Shown here piece by piece: positions 1-8,804 of a stretch of 64,000 bases of DNA (position 1 is its first letter; the number at the start of each line of letters is the position of its first letter). This DNA is from Hydrogenophaga sp. (GTDB taxonomy: Bacteria > Pseudomonadota > Gammaproteobacteria > Burkholderiales > Burkholderiaceae_C). A program made the position numbers and the translations under genes. Below the pieces are notes generated by a model, which did not search any database, had not been told where the DNA came from, and saw only the letters and a program-made list of their open reading frames with translations. The DNA is taken from NCBI RefSeq assembly GCF_051860785.1, contig NZ_JBIMLB010000016.1, forward strand, positions 9,108 to 73,107. Reading direction: 5' to 3'.

Positions 1-503
1 TCGATGCCGGTCCAGCCGAACAGGGAGGCGTCGGGCCGGAAGTTCACGTACAGACCATCGGAGCCGCCCAGCGCCTTGTTGTCGAAGAACAGGAAGAACA
101 CCATCTGCGCGAACGCCATGGTGACCATGATGAAGTAGATGCCGTGCGTGCGCACCACGAAGAAACCGATGACCAGCGCTGCGAGGCCCGCAGCCAGCGC
201 GGAGACGGGCAGCGCCCACCACAGGCTGATAGGCAGGTCGGCTGGCGTGAGGAATGCCAGCGCATAGCCAGCCAGGCCGAAGTAGGCCGCATGGCCGAGT
301 GAGACCAGACCCGTGACACCCTGCAGCAGGTCCAGGCTCATCGCGAAGATGGCCAGAATCATCATCTGCGAGAGCATTTGCAGGTAGAAGTCGGAGCCCG
401 CGATGGGGATCAGCGGAAAGGCTGCGAGTGCGATGGCGCCCAGCAGCAGGATGAGCTGAATGCTGCGAGGCAGCTTTTCGAGTTGTGCTTTCGGAGAGCT
501 CAT
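1..503 (-). CDS. LivM-type ABC transporter permease (partial, runs off left edge)
   Basis: ATG at 503 overlaps the upstream stop (ATGA). Hydrophobic translation MSSPKAQ...GLVSLGHAAYFG...GIYFIMVTMAFAQM has typical LivM motifs. Not in the ORF track because it has no stop in the window. Confidence 0.85.
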   Translation of the reverse strand, partial: MSSPKAQLEKLPRSIQLILLLGAIALAAFPLIPIAGSDFYLQMLSQMMILAIFAMSLDLLQGVTGLVSLGHAAYFGLAGYALAFLTPADLPISLWWALPVSALAAGLAALVIGFFVVRTHGIYFIMVTMAFAQMVFFLFFDNKALGGSDGLYVNFRPDASLFGWTGI

Positions 504-1363
504 TGTTTGAAGAGCCCTTCAGGCTTGTAGAGCAGCACGGCGGCCATGAGCATGTAGACGGCCATGCCGGCGATCTGGGGAGCCAGCACCTTGCCAAAGG
601 TGTCCACCAGGCCCACGAGCAAGGCGGCGACCAAGGCGCCACGCACCGACCCGATGCCACCGATGACGACCACCACGAAACACATGATCAGCACCGAGCT
701 GCCCATGCCAGGGTAGACGCTGGAGATGGGCGAGGCGATCATGCCGGCGATGGCGGCGAGGCCCACGCCCAGCGCAAACACCACGCCATGAATCAGGCGG
801 ATGTTGATGCCCAGCGACTCGGTCATTTCGCGGTTGAAGGCTCCGGCGCGGATCTTCATGCCCAGGCGCGTTCTGGAGATCAGCAGGTACAGGCCCAGAG
901 CGAGCGCGATGCACACGCCCGACATCACCAGGCGGTAAACCGGATAGGAGAGGTTGTCGGTCAGCGGAATGGACCAGTTGAGCAACTCAGGTACCTGGAC
1001 CGAGTGCACGTCGTCCCCCCAGAGGATGGAGCGCACCTCCTCGAAGATGTAGATGAGACCGAAGGTCAGCAGCACCTGGTCCAGGTGGTCGCGGTGGTAG
1101 AAGTGGCGAAACAGCAGCCACTCCAGCAGCCAGCCAAACACCACGGCCAGAATGGCGCCCAGCACGATGGCCAGCACCAGACTCTCCAGCTGGCCGGCCA
1201 GGAACCAGGCGAGGTAGGCGCCCAGCATGTAGAAGCTGCCATGTGCGAGGTTGACCACGCCCATGATGCCGAAGATCAGCGTGAGCCCGGCGGCCAGCAT
1301 GAACAACAGCAGGCCATACTGCAGACTGTTGAGCAACTGGATCAGGAAGTTGGCGAAATCCAT
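500..1363 (-). CDS. LivH-type ABC transporter permease
   Basis: MDFANFLIQLLNSLQYG...GLTLIFGIMGVVNLAHG LivH signature. Start moved to the ATG at 1363. Confidence 0.9.
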   Translation of the reverse strand: MDFANFLIQLLNSLQYGLLLFMLAAGLTLIFGIMGVVNLAHGSFYMLGAYLAWFLAGQLESLVLAIVLGAILAVVFGWLLEWLLFRHFYHRDHLDQVLLTFGLIYIFEEVRSILWGDDVHSVQVPELLNWSIPLTDNLSYPVYRLVMSGVCIALALGLYLLISRTRLGMKIRAGAFNREMTESLGINIRLIHGVVFALGVGLAAIAGMIASPISSVYPGMGSSVLIMCFVVVVIGGIGSVRGALVAALLVGLVDTFGKVLAPQIAGMAVYMLMAAVLLYKPEGLFKQ

Positions 1364-1463
1364 GGTGCGGGATGCAGGCGAGTGGGGAAAAGAGGCGAGC
1401 AAAAAGCAGACCAGCGCCGCTGGGGCGCCGGTTTGGAGTGCAATCGGGTGAAGAGCAGCGTGC

Positions 1464-2651
1464 TCAGCCCATGCGGCAGCCGGCGGCGGAGTCGGCCACG
1501 GCCTTCTGGGCGACGCCAATCACCTTGTTTTCCTTTTTCTCGACCTTGCGCAGATAAATGTCTTGCACAGGGTTGTGAGCCTTGCTCATGGTCCACTTGC
1601 CACGCGGGCTGTCGATCACAGCACCTTCCATGGAAGCATAAAGCGCCTTCTTGTTGTTGAGGTCGCCCTTGACGGCATTCGCTCCCTTGATGAGCAGCAG
1701 GCCGGTGTCATAGCCCTGGACCGCGTAAACGTCCGGTTGCAGGCGGAAGGCTTTGGCGTATTCCAGACGGAATTGCTTGTCGCGCGGCGTGTTCAGCGAA
1801 TCGCCGTAGTGCATGGTGGTTAGAACGCCGTCGGCGGCCGGGCCTGCGGCCTCGAGCACGCCCTCGGTCAGGAATCCCGAGCCATAGAGCTGAATGGTCT
1901 TGTTCAGGCCTGCGGCGGCGTAGTCGCTCATGAACTTGGCCGCACCACCGCCGGCGAAGAAACAGGCCACGGCATCGGGCTTGAGCGAGGCGATCTCGGT
2001 GAGCAGCGCCTGAAACTCCACGTTGGGGAAGGGCAGGCCGAGCTTCTTGACGATGGTGCCACCCGCAGCGGTGTAGCTCTGTTCAAAGCCTTCGAAGGCC
2101 TCGTCGCCAGCGGCGTAATTCCAGGTGATCCAGACGGCTTTCTTGTGGCCGCGGTCCACCATGGCCTTGCCCAGCGCGAGCGTGGGCTGAGAGTTGGTGA
2201 ACGAGGTGCGGAACACATTGGGTGCGCACTGGGCACGCGTGGCCACGTGCACGCCAGCGTTCGGGATCAGGTTCAGCACGCCCGTGTCGCGAGCGACTTT
2301 GTGAATGCCCATCTGCACGCCGGAGTGCACGGTGCCAATGAGGACATCGACCTTGTCGCGTTGCACCAGACGGGTGGCATTCTCGATGCCCTTGGCCGGG
2401 TTGGATTCGTCATCGACCTTGAAGTATTCGATTTCGCGGCCGCCGAGCTTGCCACCTTGTTCATTCACGGCCATACGGAAGCCGTTCTCGATCGCCACGC
2501 CGAGCTGGGCAAAAGTGCCGGTGTAGGGAAGCATGAAGCCCACGCGGACCTTGTCCGACTGCGCGCGCACGATCTGGGGCAGCAACAGGCCTGTGGATGC
2601 GGCGCCGATCACGGCAGCGCTGCGGGTCAGGACGAGTCGGCGGGTGGTCAT
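1464..2651 (-). CDS. ABC substrate-binding protein, LivK fold, aromatic-acid-binding type
   Basis: Twin-Arg-like signal (MTTRRLVL). Motifs GTVHSGV, PNAG, CAPNVFRTSF and HNPVQ match my recollection of the R. palustris RPA0668/HbaE benzoate and hydroxybenzoate binders. Confidence 0.85.
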   Translation of the reverse strand: MTTRRLVLTRSAAVIGAASTGLLLPQIVRAQSDKVRVGFMLPYTGTFAQLGVAIENGFRMAVNEQGGKLGGREIEYFKVDDESNPAKGIENATRLVQRDKVDVLIGTVHSGVQMGIHKVARDTGVLNLIPNAGVHVATRAQCAPNVFRTSFTNSQPTLALGKAMVDRGHKKAVWITWNYAAGDEAFEGFEQSYTAAGGTIVKKLGLPFPNVEFQALLTEIASLKPDAVACFFAGGGAAKFMSDYAAAGLNKTIQLYGSGFLTEGVLEAAGPAADGVLTTMHYGDSLNTPRDKQFRLEYAKAFRLQPDVYAVQGYDTGLLLIKGANAVKGDLNNKKALYASMEGAVIDSPRGKWTMSKAHNPVQDIYLRKVEKKENKVIGVAQKAVADSAAGCRMG

Positions 2652-2799
2652 GGTGTGTTCTCCTTTGGATGGTTTGCCGGGATGCGATTCACTTTAGACG
2701 GCAGGGTGGTGCTTGGCGATCCTGACTTACCCGTACTTTAGATATGAACAATTCAGGAGTGAAATTTGATCGTTTCCTCAGACGCCGCATGAGAAATAG

Positions 2800-2828
2800 T
2801 GCATCTCAATGGCCTGCAATATATTGCA
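2800..2828. promoter_or_regulatory. Palindromic operator TGCAATATATTGCA plus an upstream TGCA
   Basis: Perfect 14-bp palindrome at 2815-2828 and a further TGCA at 2800-2803, in the AT-rich region upstream of the ABC operon. Confidence 0.5.
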
Positions 2829-3021
2829 TATTTGCTTTGATCAACTGCGGGAAAACCCTCAATCCAAGAGCCGGACGAGCAAGAATTGACGCCATGTTGG
2901 CTGCGCCATCGGATCGCAGCTTGCGGCGAAACCTGGCGAGCTTCTCAAGCGTGAGAATTCGCTAGGAAGAAGGTGGTGAAGGTGAAGAGCATGCGCCTCG
3001 ATGGAGCCAGCGGCGAAGGCT

Positions 3022-3098
3022 TGGCCTGCCCGGAGGGACTCGAACCCCCGACCTGCTGCTTAGAAGGCAGCTGCTCTATCCGGTTGAGCTACGGGCAG
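3022..3098 (-). tRNA. tRNA-Arg(UCU)
   Basis: 77-nt cloverleaf, anticodon arm GCTGC-CTTCTAA-GCAGC, GTTCGAGT T-loop, encoded CCA. Confidence 0.97.
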
Positions 3099-3117
3099 AC
3101 AGAGTGACTGGTGATAC

Positions 3118-3145
3118 AAAAAAGGCCCACACTGTGGGCCTTTTT
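3118..3145. terminator. Intrinsic terminator-like hairpin between tRNA-Pro and tRNA-Arg
   Basis: A6-GGCCCAC-ACT-GTGGGCC-T5, with U-tracts possible on both strands. Confidence 0.65.
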
Positions 3146-3156
3146 GTTTCGATCAA

Positions 3157-3233
3157 TGGTCGGAGCGGCGGGATTCGAACTCGCGACCCTCTGCTCCCAA
3201 AGCAGATGCGCTACCAGGCTGCGCTACGCTCCG
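3157..3233 (-). tRNA. tRNA-Pro(UGG)
   Basis: CGGAGCGTAGCGCAGCCTGGTAGCGCA...TCTGC-TTTGGGA-GCAGA...CCGACCA, 77 nt. Confidence 0.97.
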
Positions 3234-3279
3234 ACTAAGCGGTGGATTGTACCTGTTGCCAGGCACCCCATCGTCCACC

Positions 3280-3984
3280 TCATCGTTTTTCGTATTGCGT
3301 CTTGCCAAACAGCACGTCGCGCGACTTGTCGTCCGTCAGCGGCTTGCGGGCGTCGGCCAGCACGGTCACGGCGCGTTGCACAGCCGGTCGCGCGGCGATG
3401 GTGTCGAACCAGACCTTCAGTCGCGGATGGTCGGCCCAGTCGATGCCCTGGTTCTGCCAACTGCGCAACCAGGGAAAGATGGCGATGTCGGCCACGCTGT
3501 ACTGGTTGCCTGCGATGAACTTGTGTTGGGCCAGTTGGCGGTCCATCACGCCATAGAGGCGCCTGGCTTCATTGGAGTAGCGGTTGATGGCGTACTCGAT
3601 CTTCTCGGGTGCGTACAGGCGGAAGTGGTGCGCCTGGCCCAGCATGGGGCCCACGCCACCCATCTGGAACATCAACCACTCCAGCACCTTCCATTTCGCG
3701 CGGTCCGACCTGGGCAGGAATTTGCCGGTCTTGGCGGCCAGGTACAACAGGATCGCGCCGGATTCGAACAAACTGATGGACTCACCATCCGGCCCCTCTG
3801 GATCTACCAGGGCCGGGATCTTGTTGTTCGGGCTGATCTTCAGAAACTCGGGTGCGAACTGATCGCCCTGGCCGATGTTGATGGCGTGCACTTGCCAGTC
3901 GCGTCCCAGCCGCAGGCCACATTCCTCCAGCATGATGTGAACTTTGTGTCCATTGGGCGTGGGCCAGGAGTAGACGTCAATCAT
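3280..3984 (-). CDS. Glutathione S-transferase, YfcG/YghU (Nu) type
   Basis: MIDVYSWPTPNGHKV, SPNNKIPAL and SLFESGAILLYLA GST motifs. Confidence 0.9.
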   Translation of the reverse strand: MIDVYSWPTPNGHKVHIMLEECGLRLGRDWQVHAINIGQGDQFAPEFLKISPNNKIPALVDPEGPDGESISLFESGAILLYLAAKTGKFLPRSDRAKWKVLEWLMFQMGGVGPMLGQAHHFRLYAPEKIEYAINRYSNEARRLYGVMDRQLAQHKFIAGNQYSVADIAIFPWLRSWQNQGIDWADHPRLKVWFDTIAARPAVQRAVTVLADARKPLTDDKSRDVLFGKTQYEKR

Positions 3985-4061
3985 GAAGAGAGGCCTTTCT
4001 GTCAGTAGAGGGCGGTTGGTTATGCTCGGTGGCAATTCACTCTACGGGAAAACACAAGTCC

Positions 4062-4730
4062 ATGTTCGAGCGACTGGGAAAAGCGTTGGGTGCTCTGTTG
4101 ACATCCTCAGACCCTTCGGGTCCGCTGGCGCACTGGGCCTTGTCGCACGGGCTGGCATTCAAACCCATGTTCGGCGGCGCGTACGCCATGGTGGGTCAGT
4201 GGCAGAGCCGAAGTGTTCGCATCGAATGCGGAGCACCTTCGCGGCCCTATTTGCAGGGCATGGAACTCATGGGCCGAGTCGATCTGGGCCTGGCCACGCC
4301 GGGCAGTGTGGTGCTGATGAACCGCTCACTCAAGCGTGCATTCGAGCAGCAGGCGACGGCGCTGTATGCCAGCTACACCGACAGCCTGCAGACCAGTGCC
4401 GCGATGCTGCCGGAGGAAATCCGGTGGCTGGCGATGTACCGCGATGCGGGTTGGGCCGGGCCCGACGAGGCGTTCTGGGAACGCTATGCCGTGCTCACCG
4501 ACTCGACCGATGCTGCCAGGTCATGGATCGACGCGAGCGCCGTGCAGCGGCTTATGGACTGGCCGGGCGACACCGTTTCCGCTGCCACGCCGTTGCTGTT
4601 CATGCTGCTGCGTGGCAAGGTCTATCTGCGCCTGCAGATCGACCAGACGCGAGACGAGCCCGCGGCGTTGCATGCCATGGAGCTCCTTCGCCACCTGAGC
4701 GAGCAGGCCAGCGCGCTGCCCACGTCCTGA
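4062..4730 (+). CDS. Hypothetical protein (222 aa)
   Basis: Fills the gap between the GST and ACAD genes with GC3-rich codons. No motif recognised. Confidence 0.7.
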   Translation: MFERLGKALGALLTSSDPSGPLAHWALSHGLAFKPMFGGAYAMVGQWQSRSVRIECGAPSRPYLQGMELMGRVDLGLATPGSVVLMNRSLKRAFEQQATALYASYTDSLQTSAAMLPEEIRWLAMYRDAGWAGPDEAFWERYAVLTDSTDAARSWIDASAVQRLMDWPGDTVSAATPLLFMLLRGKVYLRLQIDQTRDEPAALHAMELLRHLSEQASALPTS

Positions 4731-4746
4731 GGCGTGGTGAGCGTCT

Positions 4747-6006
4747 TCAGAAGCCGCGCGTGACCGGCATCTCCACGTCGGTCTTGACCGTCATGTGGCG
4801 TGCGAGTTCCAGTTTGGCGATGGACTGGCGGTGCACTTCATCTGGCCCGTCGGCCAGGCGCAGCGTGCGCTGGCTGGCATAGGCGTAGGCGAGCGGAAAA
4901 TCGCCGCTCACGCCACCGCCGCCATGGGCCTGAATGGCCATGTCGATGACGTCGCATGCCATGTTGGGAGCCACCACCTTGATCATCGCGATCTCGGCCT
5001 TGGCCACCTTGTTGCCCACGGTGTCCATCATGTAAGCCGCCTTGAGGGTGAGCAGGCGTGCCATCTCGATGCGGCAACGTGCATCGGCAATGCGCTCGTG
5101 CCATACCGATTGCGCTGACACCGGCTTGCCGAAGGCCACACGGCTGTTGAGCCGCTGGCACATCAGTTCCATGGCGCGCTCTGCTGCGCCAATGGACCGC
5201 ATGCAGTGATGGATGCGGCCGGGGCCGAGCCGACCCTGGGCAATCTCGAAGCCGCGGCCTTCGCCGAGCAGGATGTTGCTGACCGGCACGCGAACGTTCT
5301 CCAGCAGCACTTCCATGTGGCCGTGCGGCGCATCGTCGTAGCCGAACACCGAGAGCGGTCGCAACACGGAGATGCCTTTGGTATTCGCCGGCACCACGAT
5401 CATCGATTGTTGTGAGTGGCGGGGCGCATCGGGATTGGTCTTGCCCATCACGATGTAGACCGCGCAACGCGGATCACCCGCGCCGGAGGACCACCACTTG
5501 CGGCCGTTGATCACGTACTCGTCGCCATCGCGCTCGATGCGGCACTGGATGTTGGTCGCGTCCGATGAGGCCACTTCGGGCTCGGTCATCAGGAACGCCG
5601 AACGGATTTCGCCGCGCAGCAGGGGTTCGAGCCATTCATCTTTCAATGTTTCGCTGGCGTAGCGCTCCAGCGTTTCCATGTTGCCGGTGTCGGGCGCGGA
5701 GCAGTTGAACACCTCTGCCGCGAACGGCACGCGGCCCATGATCTCGCACATCGGTGCGTACTCAAGGTTGGACAGGCCCTGCGGCGCACGCGGGCTGCGT
5801 GGCAGGAACAGATTCCACAGGCCTGCGGCCAGCGCCTTGGGCTTGAGCTCCTCAATGATGGCGGTCGGTACCCAGGGGTTGCCCTTGGCCCGATTGGCCG
5901 AGATTTCCTCGAAGAAGCGTGCCTCGTTGGGGTACACGTGCTGGTCCATGAACGCGAGCAGGCGCTCGCGCATGTCCTTGACCTTGTCGGTGTAGTCGAA
6001 ATTCAT
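4747..6006 (-). CDS. Acyl-CoA dehydrogenase, ACAD10/11 (FadE2/LvaC-like) subfamily
   Basis: [42 protein letters not shown] and [10 protein letters not shown] motifs. Confidence 0.92.
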   Translation of the reverse strand: MNFDYTDKVKDMRERLLAFMDQHVYPNEARFFEEISANRAKGNPWVPTAIIEELKPKALAAGLWNLFLPRSPRAPQGLSNLEYAPMCEIMGRVPFAAEVFNCSAPDTGNMETLERYASETLKDEWLEPLLRGEIRSAFLMTEPEVASSDATNIQCRIERDGDEYVINGRKWWSSGAGDPRCAVYIVMGKTNPDAPRHSQQSMIVVPANTKGISVLRPLSVFGYDDAPHGHMEVLLENVRVPVSNILLGEGRGFEIAQGRLGPGRIHHCMRSIGAAERAMELMCQRLNSRVAFGKPVSAQSVWHERIADARCRIEMARLLTLKAAYMMDTVGNKVAKAEIAMIKVVAPNMACDVIDMAIQAHGGGGVSGDFPLAYAYASQRTLRLADGPDEVHRQSIAKLELARHMTVKTDVEMPVTRGF

Positions 6007-6048
6007 CGTGTCTCCTGTAGGGTGAGGCTTGGATGCCTGGGAAGGGGA

Positions 6049-7134
6049 TCAGCCGGCGCTGGCAAACTGCCAGGCCAGTTCGGCCATGGGCCGTGCACCT
6101 GAGGCCGACTTCACGGCCTGGGCGCTGGATGCGGTGCCGGCCTCCACCCGCTTGGCGATGCCTTGCAGGATGGCCGCCAGGCGGAACATGTTGTAGGCCA
6201 GGTAGAAATTCCAGTCCGCCTTGAGCTGATCGGGCTGCACGAAGCCGGTGCGCTCGCAATACAGCGCGATGTAGTCGGCTTCCGATGGAATACCCAGCGC
6301 TGGCAGGTCCAGGCCGGCGATGCCGCGAAACGCGCCGGGTGGAATGTGCCAGGACATGCAGTGGTAGCTGAAGTCGGCCAGTGGGTGACCCAGGGTGGAG
6401 AGTTCCCAGTCGAGCACCGCGAGCACGCGCGGCTCGGTGGCGTGGAACATGAGGTTGTCGAGTCTGTAATCGCCGTGCACGACAGACAGCAGCGACTCGT
6501 CGCGTGCCATGGCCGGCACGTTCTTCGGCAACCACTCCATGAGCCGGTCCATGGCGTCGATGGGTTGCGTGACTGACGCCTGGTACTGCTTGCTCCAGCG
6601 GCCGATCTGGCGTTCGAAGTAGTTGCCCGGCTTGCCGTAGCCGTCCAGGCCGATCTCCAGCGGTCGCACGGTGTGCAACGCGGCCATCACGCGGTTCATT
6701 TCGTCGTAGATCGCGCCGCGCTGCGTGGGTGTCATGTCAGGCAGGGACTGATCCCACAGCACGCGCCCATCCACACATTCCATGACGTAGAAGGCGCGTC
6801 CGATGACCGATTCGTCTTCGCACAGTGCGTGCATCCGGGCCACCGGAACGCCCGTGCCGTGCAGTGCGCTCATCACGCGAAATTCACGTTCAATGGCATG
6901 GGCCGATGGCAGCAGTTTCGCCACGGGCCCAGGCTTGGCGCGCATCACGTAGGCGCGTTGCGGTGTGATCAGTTTGTAGGTGGGGTTGGATTGCCCGCCC
7001 TTGAACATCTCGACGGTGAGCGGACCGGCGAAGCCAGGGACCTGTGTCTCCAGCCAGGCCGAGAGGGCCGCTTCGTCGAACGCGTGCTGGTCCGCCACGG
7101 GCCGGGTACCGGTGAAGTTCTGGTGATCGCTCAT
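6049..7134 (-). CDS. APH-family phosphotransferase, ACAD10/11 N-terminal-like
   Basis: FKGGQSNPTY, LLPSAHAIERE, HGDYRLDN and LDWELSTLGHP motifs. Confidence 0.9.
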   Translation of the reverse strand: MSDHQNFTGTRPVADQHAFDEAALSAWLETQVPGFAGPLTVEMFKGGQSNPTYKLITPQRAYVMRAKPGPVAKLLPSAHAIEREFRVMSALHGTGVPVARMHALCEDESVIGRAFYVMECVDGRVLWDQSLPDMTPTQRGAIYDEMNRVMAALHTVRPLEIGLDGYGKPGNYFERQIGRWSKQYQASVTQPIDAMDRLMEWLPKNVPAMARDESLLSVVHGDYRLDNLMFHATEPRVLAVLDWELSTLGHPLADFSYHCMSWHIPPGAFRGIAGLDLPALGIPSEADYIALYCERTGFVQPDQLKADWNFYLAYNMFRLAAILQGIAKRVEAGTASSAQAVKSASGARPMAELAWQFASAG

Positions 7135-7198
7135 GAAGCGGGTCCCCGAGGCGAGGTGAGGTAAGGGGATGACCGCGTCGGCCGTTGACCGACCTTGC

Positions 7199-7918
7199 TC
7201 AGGACTCCGACTCGGCAATGCGCATGAGCATGTCGCGGTTGCGAACCACCAGCCCACCTTGTTCGATGCGGATCGCGTTCTCGCGCTCCATCGACTTGAG
7301 CTCCTGATTCACACGCTGGCGCGAAGCCCCCAGCAACTGCGCCAGTTCTTCCTGGGCCAGTTGCAGGCCGATGCGCATCTCGCTGCCATCCGACAGGCAG
7401 GGCACGCCGTAACTGCGCACGAGGTGAAGCAACTGTTTGGCCAGGCGTGCGCGCAAGGGTAGGGTGTTGAGGTCCTCCACCAGGCCGAACAGCGTGCGGA
7501 TGCGCCGCGCCTGCAGGCGCATGAGCGCTTCGTAGAGCTCCACGTGTGTGCTCAGAATCTTCTGGAAATCGGTCCGGGCCACGCAAAGCATGGTCGTGGG
7601 TCCGTGGGCGTAGGCATCGTGCGTGCGCTGGTCGCCGTCGAACATCGCCACATCGCCGAACCACACACCCGGCTCCACATAGGTCAACGTGATCTGCTTG
7701 CCCGAGAGCGAGGTCGAACTCACGCGCACCGCGCCCTTGGCCACAGCCGACCATTCGGAAGGTGGATCGCCGCGGGCGACGATCAGGTCGCCGTCCTTGA
7801 ATCGCTTGACGTAGGCGCATCGGAGTATGTCGTGACGCAGGGAAGGAGATAGGCTGCTGAACCAGCGACCGTTGTTGATCGCCTCGCGTTCTTCCATTGT
7901 CAGAATCGGTTCGTCCAT
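7199..7918 (-). CDS. Crp/Fnr family transcriptional regulator
   Basis: cNMP-binding domain (WFGDVAMFDGDQRTHDA) and HTH QEELAQLLGASRQRVNQ. Confidence 0.92.
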   Translation of the reverse strand: MDEPILTMEEREAINNGRWFSSLSPSLRHDILRCAYVKRFKDGDLIVARGDPPSEWSAVAKGAVRVSSTSLSGKQITLTYVEPGVWFGDVAMFDGDQRTHDAYAHGPTTMLCVARTDFQKILSTHVELYEALMRLQARRIRTLFGLVEDLNTLPLRARLAKQLLHLVRSYGVPCLSDGSEMRIGLQLAQEELAQLLGASRQRVNQELKSMERENAIRIEQGGLVVRNRDMLMRIAESES

Positions 7919-8016
7919 GGGCTGTCTTTTGAGTGACTGGAAAAGCGATCATTGTCACCACAGGGACGTGGCGGGAGGATCAGGGTATGCGCGCAGGCTC
8001 TGCGCTGGGGCGTCGC

Positions 8017-8796
8017 TCAGCGGTAGCTGGCGGGGCGCTTTTCCATGAAGGCACTGATGCCTTCACCCGCATTGGCGTGGTGCAGGCAGCGCACGAAGTG
8101 GTCGCGTTCGGCCGCGAGCTGGGCATGCAGCGCCTGTGTGGATGCGTCGTTGGCCAGCTCCTTGATGCTCGCCAGTGCGTTGGGCGCTCGTGCATTGAGC
8201 CGCTCGCTCAAGGCCAGAGCATGGGTCAGGGCCTCGCCGGGTGCGCTGACCTGGTTGATCACGCCCAACTGATGCAGTCGCTCGGCGCCGATGCGGTCCC
8301 CGCACATCAGCAACTGCAGCGCGGTGGCGCGTGGCAGGGCGCGCATGAGGCTCCAGGTCGCGCCACCATCTGGCGAGAGGCCGACGGTGCTGTAGGCCAT
8401 CACAAAAACACTGTTCTGCGCAGCCACCACCATGTCGCAGGCCAACACCAGGGAGAAACCAGCGCCGGCACAGGAGCCTTCCACCGCCGCAAGCACCGGC
8501 TTGGGAAAGGTGCGGATGGTCTCGACCCAGTTGTGAAGGCCTTCGATGCTTTGTGCCTGAACCTCGGGCGGTTGCTGGCGATTGTCCAGCAGCCGTTGCA
8601 GGTTGCCGCCCGCGCAGAAATGGCTGCCTTCTCCGGTGATCACCACGCTGCGCACTTCGTCGCTGCTCTCGGCCACGTTGAGGGCCTCCACGCCGGCGGC
8701 GTACATGTCCGGACTCAGCGCATTCCGGTTGTCGGGGTTGCTGATGGTCAGCACCATGGTCTGGCCATGGCTGTGGCTCTTGAGGCTGGCGGTCAT
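8017..8796 (-). CDS. Crotonase-superfamily enzyme (PaaG/oxepin-CoA hydrolase-like)
   Basis: FCAGGNL, KPVLAAVEGSCAGAGFSL and VGLSPDGG crotonase motifs. Confidence 0.85.
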   Translation of the reverse strand: MTASLKSHSHGQTMVLTISNPDNRNALSPDMYAAGVEALNVAESSDEVRSVVITGEGSHFCAGGNLQRLLDNRQQPPEVQAQSIEGLHNWVETIRTFPKPVLAAVEGSCAGAGFSLVLACDMVVAAQNSVFVMAYSTVGLSPDGGATWSLMRALPRATALQLLMCGDRIGAERLHQLGVINQVSAPGEALTHALALSERLNARAPNALASIKELANDASTQALHAQLAAERDHFVRCLHHANAGEGISAFMEKRPASYR

Positions 8797-8804
8797 GAAC
8801 TCTC

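Noticed and set aside
2744-2965. 73-aa ORF in the ABC/tRNA intergenic region
   Set aside because: Non-genic codon pattern, no recognisable protein, and it overlaps the AT-rich promoter/operator region.
1-3022. Possible genomic island inserted at the tRNA-Arg 3' end
   Set aside because: No integrase or att duplication is visible and the ABC genes have core-like codons. It cannot be tested without the left flank.
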